The position numbers were made by a program, and so were the translations under genes. The notes below the pieces were generated by a model, which searched no databases, was not told where the DNA came from, and saw only the letters and a list, made by a program, of their open reading frames with translations. Positions 57,881-64,000 of a stretch of 64,000 bases of DNA are shown here, one piece after another. The stretch spans positions 96,001-160,000 of IMG/VR virus record IMGVR_UViG_3300047469_000312. The stretch is one strand, 5' to 3'. The DNA comes from a virus. Within the stretch, counting starts at the first letter, position 1, and every line of letters begins with the position of its first letter.

Positions 57881-58169
57881 CATCCTCATGAACGGCAAGC
57901 TGAGGCCGTTCGAAGTCGTGCTCGATAAAGGCACGAAGGTGTTGGATTTTATCGACCATACGGGCGAAAGCACAGTACAGTTGGTGATCCTCGAACCCGA
58001 GAATATGGGCGATGAGCTCGAAACGCGTAAGCTCTGCTTCTATCAGGTCAATGATAAGGAAACGAGTGTGCCCGAGCTCGCGCGCTACATCGCGACGTCC
58101 AAGGGCAAGTACTGGGCTCCATTCATGCTCTTTGACGTGACGGGGTGCGTGCTCGACGAAGAAGAGTAA
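57861..58169 (+). CDS. hypothetical protein
   Basis: SD GGGGA. Confidence 0.65.
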   Translation: MKLKTFDILMNGKLRPFEVVLDKGTKVLDFIDHTGESTVQLVILEPENMGDELETRKLCFYQVNDKETSVPELARYIATSKGKYWAPFMLFDVTGCVLDEEE

Positions 58170-58196
58170 ATAGGCTAATTAAAAGGAGTAGGACAA

Positions 58197-58739
58197 ATGG
58201 CAGAAGAAAAGGCAGTTCCGGCGATCCTCTCGTTTAACGAAAAGCGTATGCGCCCGGTTGTGGCACGGGCGTTGCCCATGATTGGTAAACTGCTGACGAT
58301 GCAGCGCGAGATTAACTTTGTTTTGCCGCGGGTCGACAAGCCGATTGGGGACTTCTTTGTAATGGCGTTTCCGTACGGGGGTCCGATCGGTGTCAATAGC
58401 CGAGGGATCGTGAATGAAGAAGGGGATTTCTTCTGCCTGATCGAGAACTCCGCCCATGCTGCTTTTGAGCGCGAAGAGCTGACGCTCGGTCAAGTGCTGC
58501 ACGACGCACTGAGCTTCGTGTGCATCGAGCACAAGCTCGTCGACGATAAGGTCAGCGTGTTGTTGCGTAATCGGGCCACGGAAATCATGGCGCGGGCATA
58601 CTTTGTCGGCAGCACCACGTTTGACATGGCGGTGACCGTCACGCAGGCGCTCATGTGCATGAATGCGCCGTCTCCTAAAGAAGCGGCAGCGATCGCCGCC
58701 TCGGAGCTGCAACGTATCATGAATAGGAAGGAGGCGTAA
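58197..58739 (+). CDS. hypothetical protein
   Basis: SD AGGA. Confidence 0.75.
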   Translation: MAEEKAVPAILSFNEKRMRPVVARALPMIGKLLTMQREINFVLPRVDKPIGDFFVMAFPYGGPIGVNSRGIVNEEGDFFCLIENSAHAAFEREELTLGQVLHDALSFVCIEHKLVDDKVSVLLRNRATEIMARAYFVGSTTFDMAVTVTQALMCMNAPSPKEAAAIAASELQRIMNRKEA

Positions 58740-59011
58740 TGCCCAGGCCAGCGCATACGGTGGAGAAGGTACGCCTGAATCTGGACATGCATCCGGACGT
58801 GAAAGCCGAGATTCAGGCCATCCAGGAGCGCCTGAGCGCCGACAGCATGGGTGAGGTTATCCGGCGTTGTGTGAAGGCCGTGACGAGCGTTCTGGAAGCC
58901 CACGACCGGGGTGATCGTGTCATGGTGTACCCGAAGGATGGCAGTACGCCTTACGAAATGTTGCTTTTTCCGCCGAGGAGGAAAGATGTACCCGAAGGAT
59001 CTGATGACTAG
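58739..59011 (+). CDS. ribbon-helix-helix-like DNA-binding protein
   Basis: VRLNLDMHPDVKAEIQAIQERLSADSMGEVIRRCV. Confidence 0.6.
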   Translation: MPRPAHTVEKVRLNLDMHPDVKAEIQAIQERLSADSMGEVIRRCVKAVTSVLEAHDRGDRVMVYPKDGSTPYEMLLFPPRRKDVPEGSDD

Positions 59012-59453
59012 GCCCGATGAGCAACTGACGCCTTACGAGCGGCAGCTGAAGTACGGCGAGAACGGTGACCCGCAGCAACTGAACCCGTATATCGACCAAG
59101 CGCTCGCGTTGATGGAAGAGTGCGACAAGTGGAATGTCGACAAAGTCTTCCAGAAGGCATGGCGCGTCGGTAAGGGTTATGTCAATTCGCGCAGTCTTTG
59201 GGACCTGGTGAAGGCACGCATCATTGCGCAGCTCAAAGAGCAGGCTCGTAAATCGATCCAGTCTTACCTCAGCGATCATGACGCGTTGCTGGGTTTCATG
59301 ACTGAAGATGCTCGCTGGCACCATACGCGGGCTAACCTGGTGACGGTGTTGTTTGAGGTCACGGGCGGCGGTGTCGCGCTGGACGAGCTGGCTCAGGTGG
59401 CTGACGAAGCGATCGCCGACTGTATCAAAGCTAACCAAGGGGGGAGAGCGTGA
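58986..59453 (+). CDS. hypothetical protein
   Basis: SD GAGGAGG. Confidence 0.7.
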   Translation: MYPKDLMTRPDEQLTPYERQLKYGENGDPQQLNPYIDQALALMEECDKWNVDKVFQKAWRVGKGYVNSRSLWDLVKARIIAQLKEQARKSIQSYLSDHDALLGFMTEDARWHHTRANLVTVLFEVTGGGVALDELAQVADEAIADCIKANQGGRA

Positions 59454-59881
59454 GCCGGAGTTCCGCGATTCGCAGACGTCGTAAAATCATGCGTGGCATT
59501 GGGGTCAAGCGCCTCACCTATCGGCAACAGATGGAACACATTGCCGTGAGGACGGTGAAACGCATTATCGCCACCGTTGGCTGGGATCACGTGAAGTTCA
59601 TGCAAGACACGTCGTTCTCCTTGGAAGCGGCTATCACCCCGGAACGAGAAGCTCTCGTCGAGCAAATTTTGCTCGAGCAGGGGTATCTTAAGACACGCAC
59701 CGGAGAGTTCGTCCACAAGAAGATGCGCTTGTCGGACTTCGCTTCAATAGGTGCGATAAGTATTGTGCCTACCGTTATCAGCGAACCTGATCGAATGCCA
59801 GGGGCTTTTGGCTGGCCGGAAATCACTCCGGAAGAAATCAAGGCCGTCGAAGAACGGCTCGCGGCGCCACACGGTATCTGA
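59450..59881 (+). CDS. hypothetical protein
   Basis: GTGA overlap, SD GGGGAG. Confidence 0.65.
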   Translation: MSRSSAIRRRRKIMRGIGVKRLTYRQQMEHIAVRTVKRIIATVGWDHVKFMQDTSFSLEAAITPEREALVEQILLEQGYLKTRTGEFVHKKMRLSDFASIGAISIVPTVISEPDRMPGAFGWPEITPEEIKAVEERLAAPHGI

Positions 59882-59892
59882 GCTGTATTAGT

Positions 59893-60058
59893 GCTAGTCA
59901 CCTGAGTGCTGGGCGCGGCGCTCACGGGGAGTGGTCCATCGTGCCGGTTTTCAGGTTTGGCCGGATTATCAAGTCGGTGGGAAAAGGCCCGTTGGTAGGG
60001 GTGAGGGGCGTGGAAACCTCTCTGCCTGAATCCAACCCCCAGCACTCAGGTGATTGGT
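59893..60058 (+). ncRNA. multi-branched structured RNA closed by 21-bp stem
   Basis: GCTAGTCACCTGAGTGCTGGG / CCCAGCACTCAGGTGATTGGT; 16 contiguous WC pairs plus G-U pairs favouring + strand. Confidence 0.6.
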
Positions 60059-60088
60059 GAGCCATATGCGCATAGCCGGGGATTCACA

Positions 60089-60418
60089 ATGTCTGATTTA
60101 GTTCGGAGTTCAGTAAGGGAGACAGTCGAACTGCTCTATGGCCTGATTGCCAATCCTGAATCGATCGATAAGTTTGCTGCTTTCTTTAGCAAAATCAACG
60201 AGCGAGCGTTCGTGATGTCGGTGTCAGAGGGTAGGTACAACAATAAAGAACTCGGAACTGTGGTGACCATTACGGTCCACGACAGCAAAGGCACGTTTGA
60301 ACTGCTGCAGGGTTTTCTACCCTTGGCAGAAGAGATGTTTGAAAGAACAGGTAAGCGCTACTTCACGGACTTCTTCGAGCCAGAGTTTGGTTCGATTCTG
60401 CTGATTGATAGCGAATAG
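60089..60418 (+). CDS. hypothetical protein
   Basis: SD GGGGA before ATG 60089. Confidence 0.65.
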   Translation: MSDLVRSSVRETVELLYGLIANPESIDKFAAFFSKINERAFVMSVSEGRYNNKELGTVVTITVHDSKGTFELLQGFLPLAEEMFERTGKRYFTDFFEPEFGSILLIDSE

Positions 60419-60453
60419 GCATAATAACGAGATTGACACTACAGGTTGAGAAC

Positions 60454-61335
60454 ATGACCACCATCCTTTACCACGACGGCCGACTCTTTGCTGACTCTAC
60501 TATCTACAAGGGTAGTGATCGCATCAACAGTCTGGAAAAGATCGTGTTGCTGAACCCGCCGTTTAAAATCCTCTCGGACAGGCCGGAGTTCGAATTCAAT
60601 GACATCGTCTACGGCTACTCGGGCACGGGCAGCCAGGACGCAATGGAGGCCTTTGCTGAGCACTTGCAGGGCAATGTCAAGGAGCGCGAGGATAGCAAGC
60701 TCACGCTCGCTTTCTACGACATGATCTCGACCTCCAACATGGTGGTGCCAGGCAATACGTTCGAGATCTTCTTCATCGGCGAGCAAGCCAACCACAGTTT
60801 TCGGTTGGACCACCACGGCTTTATCTACACGCGCTACGAGCTGGATCAAACCGTGGCGCTGGGCAGTGGCTCGCAAGACGTGATTCGCAATATCACGCAC
60901 CACCGGGACCCGATTCGCGCGATGATGGAAACCTTCATCACCGATACAACCTCGGGTGGCTGGATCGACTGTTGGGCGCTGCGCGAAGACGATGGTCTCA
61001 AGCGCTTTCGACGTGTGGGGTTGTGTGAGCCGATTCCCACTGATCTGATTCGGGCAGTGATGGAGAAGTTCCATGCCGACATGGAAGAGATCCCGCTGCA
61101 ATTCGTGCGCAATGCGAAGAACACGCAGGACATCATCAACATTGCCAATATGAATCAGAAGCTGTTCGATCAGAATAAGCGCCTGAAAAAGCAGCTTGAC
61201 ATCTTGCGCAAGCAGGGCGTGCCCATTCCGGTCGTGCCGACGAAGGTCGCCAAGACGAAGCCCAAAACCCAGAAGCTGCCCTACACCAAGCTCTCCGGTG
61301 AAAAGGCAGTCACTGAGGTGAAGAAAAATAAGTAA
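60454..61335 (+). CDS. proteasome-beta/HslV-like Ntn hydrolase with basic coiled-coil tail
   Basis: M-TTI.......ADS, G.SG.G, ALGSGS, D..SGG. Confidence 0.7.
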   Translation: MTTILYHDGRLFADSTIYKGSDRINSLEKIVLLNPPFKILSDRPEFEFNDIVYGYSGTGSQDAMEAFAEHLQGNVKEREDSKLTLAFYDMISTSNMVVPGNTFEIFFIGEQANHSFRLDHHGFIYTRYELDQTVALGSGSQDVIRNITHHRDPIRAMMETFITDTTSGGWIDCWALREDDGLKRFRRVGLCEPIPTDLIRAVMEKFHADMEEIPLQFVRNAKNTQDIINIANMNQKLFDQNKRLKKQLDILRKQGVPIPVVPTKVAKTKPKTQKLPYTKLSGEKAVTEVKKNK

Positions 61336-61404
61336 AGGTTTTTTTCTGCAGTACCCACACTAAAAGCAGTCTCCGTTAAACAAACGAGGAAAGGAAATAC
61401 AACC

Positions 61405-61788
61405 ATGGTTAAGAACATTATCAACCTGCTGTGCAACGGCTTCGAAAAGATGACGGCCCCGGCCCTGGGCAACCACAAGCACCGGATCGCGTCCGACTGC
61501 GGTTTGTCGGATGAAGACTTCCAGCTCGTGCTGGATGGCGAGATGGAAATCAGCCCGGCCTTGGCGCTCAAGCTCGAACAGACCATGGGTATCGATGCCC
61601 ACGACATTCTGAACGCCCAGTCGGCGGATCAACTCGCGGCCCTCGGCAAGGCCCGCACCAAGAAGGTCGAAGTGCCGAAGGAAACCAAAACCGAGAAGGC
61701 TGCTAAGCCCGCTTCGGATGGTCGCCCGAAGCAGTCGCCGATGCACCGCGGCCCGCGCCCGACTGGCGCTGTCGCCATCAAGCTGTAA
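61405..61788 (+). CDS. HigA/VapI-like HTH (orphan antitoxin-like) with basic tail
   Basis: IA..CGLS......LDG...ISPALALKLE..MG..A...LNAQ. Confidence 0.7.
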   Translation: MVKNIINLLCNGFEKMTAPALGNHKHRIASDCGLSDEDFQLVLDGEMEISPALALKLEQTMGIDAHDILNAQSADQLAALGKARTKKVEVPKETKTEKAAKPASDGRPKQSPMHRGPRPTGAVAIKL

Positions 61789-61863
61789 GCTGAACCACGG
61801 CATATGAGCGGAGCCTTCGGGCTCCGCTTTGTGACAGCCTTTCTTTTTTTGATACTGAATCCG

Positions 61864-61891
61864 ATTTAAAACCTATATTACCCCTGGTGAG
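61864..61891 (+). promoter_or_regulatory. phiKZ-type early promoter (ATTTAAAACCTATATTAC-N5-GTGAG)
   Basis: Exact TATATTAC at 61874-61881. Confidence 0.7.
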
Positions 61892-61924
61892 TAGTGTAGC
61901 TCTTAAATCTGACGTAAAGGAATC

Positions 61925-62452
61925 ATGACCAAGAGTTTGCTTTACTATACATGTCCGAATGAGAAGTGCGGTAAGTCCGACCGACTCGAACTGGACAATG
62001 GTGATACGGTTGTCAGCCATGCGACCTTGCACAACGCCAATGCTGCGATGACGACAGCGCTGATGGCATTGACTGAACAGGTCGTGTGCTACTGGTGTAA
62101 GACGCGCGTGTCGTTCGAATGGGAAACCATTCGCGTACCCAAAGCGGTCAAGTACACGCCCTATTCCAAACTGAATAGCGACGCGTTGTTTCTGGTCGAG
62201 GGCTCTGATTTGGCAGGTGGCAAAGCCCATCTGGACGCGATCGTCGAACACGAGAATTTCGTGGCCCTGCTCAATCGTGAATTGGGTCGGCTGGACCACA
62301 CGCATTATCCGCGTGACTGGAAGATACGGCTCGCAGGCAAATGGCTGCGCTCGCTCATCACCACGTGGGTCAAAGGCAACAAGTCCGGCACGCCAGACTA
62401 TCACACGCTGGATGTCGAGTACACCCAACTCATGACTGTTTATATTCGCTAA
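61925..62452 (+). CDS. hypothetical protein with Zn-ribbon (CPNEKC...CYWC)
   Basis: SD AAGGA. Confidence 0.75.
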   Translation: MTKSLLYYTCPNEKCGKSDRLELDNGDTVVSHATLHNANAAMTTALMALTEQVVCYWCKTRVSFEWETIRVPKAVKYTPYSKLNSDALFLVEGSDLAGGKAHLDAIVEHENFVALLNRELGRLDHTHYPRDWKIRLAGKWLRSLITTWVKGNKSGTPDYHTLDVEYTQLMTVYIR

Positions 62453-62464
62453 GGAGTAGCATAA

Positions 62465-62722
62465 ATGTCGACTGTAGGAATGGTGCGCGGTAAGGCCGCA
62501 CGGCGTCGGGAAGAGCAAGGCAACGGCAAGGGCGCGCCGAACCTCTATACGCCGGAGCAACTCAGGCGTTGGGACGTGTCGGTCGAAGCCAACAATGGCG
62601 ACTGGGTTCCGGCGCGCCCGATGGGCTGGCAGGGCTGGGGTCTCTACGGTTTGAAACGCCGTTTCAAACTGGCCTGGGGTGTCTTCACCGGTCGCTACGA
62701 TGTACTGAAGTGGCCGCTCTAA
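62465..62722 (+). CDS. hypothetical protein (WVPARP...R.K.AW.VFTG motif)
   Basis: SD AAGGAG. Confidence 0.75.
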   Translation: MSTVGMVRGKAARRREEQGNGKGAPNLYTPEQLRRWDVSVEANNGDWVPARPMGWQGWGLYGLKRRFKLAWGVFTGRYDVLKWPL

Positions 62723-62728
62723 GGAGGT

Positions 62729-63082
62729 GTGATGCAGACAGACCACTTGCAGCGCATCGCCATGAACGCGATGGCCCATGTGTACGTCGAGAACAACGTC
62801 GAAGAGGCGGCGCTGCTGTGGCAATTCCACGCGTGGTGTCGTAAACAGTTTGCTCTCTTCGATGCCTGCGATTTGGCCGAAGCGGTGACGATTTCGCTCA
62901 CTGAGCGCGCCTGGCTGCAAGTGCCGGGCTACACTAACAAACAGTACGGGCATGTGTTTTCGATGATCTTCGAAGACGCGCTTCTGAAGCCCGAGCAGTA
63001 CAAGAAGGCCGAGCTCTTTATGCGGGTTTCCGAATGTGGGAAGATCGTCGAGCTGCTGCAATTCCAACCCACTATGCATTAG
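62729..63082 (+). CDS. hypothetical protein
   Basis: SD AAGGAGG. Confidence 0.7.
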   Translation: MMQTDHLQRIAMNAMAHVYVENNVEEAALLWQFHAWCRKQFALFDACDLAEAVTISLTERAWLQVPGYTNKQYGHVFSMIFEDALLKPEQYKKAELFMRVSECGKIVELLQFQPTMH

Positions 63083-63091
63083 GAGAACGAC

Positions 63092-63292
63092 ATGGTTCTG
63101 TTCAATGAGAAAGGCGAAGTCGCCCTCGATACAGAAGGTTACATGGATCGCCTGAACGCCAACATGGAGTTGATTCAAACGCGTCAGCTCCACAACGCAC
63201 CGCCCGCGCGCGTCTTCACAGCGGCCGACATTGCTGCAGTAAAAGCTGCACCGGTAATGATGGTGATCGACAGCTGCGGAGAGATGCCATGA
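63092..63292 (+). CDS. small hypothetical protein
   Basis: SD AGGAG. Confidence 0.6.
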   Translation: MVLFNEKGEVALDTEGYMDRLNANMELIQTRQLHNAPPARVFTAADIAAVKAAPVMMVIDSCGEMP

Positions 63293-63486
63293 GTCAGCGC
63301 AAACCCATGAGAGAACACATCAACGACAAGGTGATGGAGCTCACTGATGTGTTCGCAGCGTTTCCTGCCGAAACCAAATCGGTGGATTCCCGAGCCTGGC
63401 AGCACTTGCTGGTGTACGTGCCCAAAGAAGAACTCGAAGCCCGTCTAAAGAAGATAAACGAAAGGAAAGAAGAAGATGGCAACTAA
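63289..63486 (+). CDS. small hypothetical protein
   Basis: ATGA overlap, SD GGAG. Confidence 0.6.
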   Translation: MSQRKPMREHINDKVMELTDVFAAFPAETKSVDSRAWQHLLVYVPKEELEARLKKINERKEEDGN

Positions 63487-64000
63487 AGCAGGCCGTGCCG
63501 AAGTCAGTGATGTCCGCACGGGGAAGACACTGTGGTATGCGGCAATCGATCTCGTTACTGGTAAGCGTTATCCGTTACCGACACTGGTAGGGACATCGGC
63601 CAGAAAGCTTATCCGTCAGCGTGAGTTGCCAGATGGTAGCGCCGCGCCCGAAGTCTTCTGGGTTTTCTACGACTATCGACGCGGCCAACTCAGCGGCCGC
63701 TTGATTTACATCGAGAATTTCCCACTGAATCACAAGGAGGAGCCGTCCTTCGATAAGTGCTTTGTCAGTCGCTCAGCCGTGCTGCGCTGGATTAAGCGCT
63801 ACGAAAGCAATCGGGTCGAGACGCTCTGCGAAGATCGACGCGTCTTCAAGTACGGCTCGCACTTCCTTCGCCGCTCGGGAATCGACACAGCCAATCTGGC
63901 GGACAACCAGTTCGTCAAGACGGAACAATGGCTGGTGAACGAAGCCAAGTACGAGCGGCATCCGTCAACGCCGTTCAATCTGTTCGAAGCCACTCAGGCG
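63476..64000 (+). CDS. hypothetical protein (truncated by window end), paralog of 56146-56682
   Basis: Read by hand; open to window edge; not in ORF track. Confidence 0.7.
   Translation, partial: MATKAGRAEVSDVRTGKTLWYAAIDLVTGKRYPLPTLVGTSARKLIRQRELPDGSAAPEVFWVFYDYRRGQLSGRLIYIENFPLNHKEEPSFDKCFVSRSAVLRWIKRYESNRVETLCEDRRVFKYGSHFLRRSGIDTANLADNQFVKTEQWLVNEAKYERHPSTPFNLFEATQA

Noticed and set aside
59914-59965. tRNA-Leu(CAG) or tRNA-Sec(UCA)
   Set aside because: The anticodon loop and stem are non-canonical and there is no TTC T-loop or acceptor/CCA
61778-63193. 471-aa minus-strand ORF
   Set aside because: Overlaps four + genes that each have good SDs; no motifs
63092-63292. MMVIDS as Walker B of a split RecA with 56922-57347
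   Set aside because: Six-residue similarity only and 6 kb apart; insufficient evidence
1-64000. Alternative genetic code or stop-codon reassignment
   Set aside because: Known enzymes (Tmk, ThyA, Thg1, NADAR, TrxA) are full length in code 11 and all three stops are used

Overview
A 64-kb slice of a GC-rich lytic jumbo-phage genome, most consistent with a phiKZ-related phage (Chimalliviridae). The host is probably a betaproteobacterium such as Burkholderiales; that is an inference from the adhesin and FtsZ-like peptide. About 115 tightly packed genes lie on the + strand and one convincing gene lies on the - strand. Recognisable genes cover nucleotide metabolism (dTMP kinase, a DHFR-NUDIX-LysM fusion, thioredoxin, ThyA, MazG-like) and RNA/NAD repair (RlaP-type nucleotidyltransferase, solo NAD-ligase Ia domain, Thg1, NADAR, RNA-ligase-like). 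Others encode a BCS1-like AAA ATPase, a QueC-like ATPase, an HNH-like protein, a proteasome-like Ntn hydrolase, a HigA-like HTH, a complete trimeric autotransporter adhesin, and tail-fibre, lectin and lipase proteins. The non-coding DNA is informative. It has phiKZ-type TATAT(T/A)AC early promoters, (C/T/A)ATnnT(A/G)T(G/A) late-promoter candidates and a recurrent hairpin+TATG(C/A)(C/T)G terminator signature. It also has several unexplained structured RNAs: a ~165-nt element closed by a 21-bp stem, late-promoter-driven sRNA units, and an RNA-ligase leader complementary to a tRNA-like 3' end. One protein ends in a near-copy of the FtsZ C-terminal peptide. All family calls come from motif recognition by eye; no searches were run.
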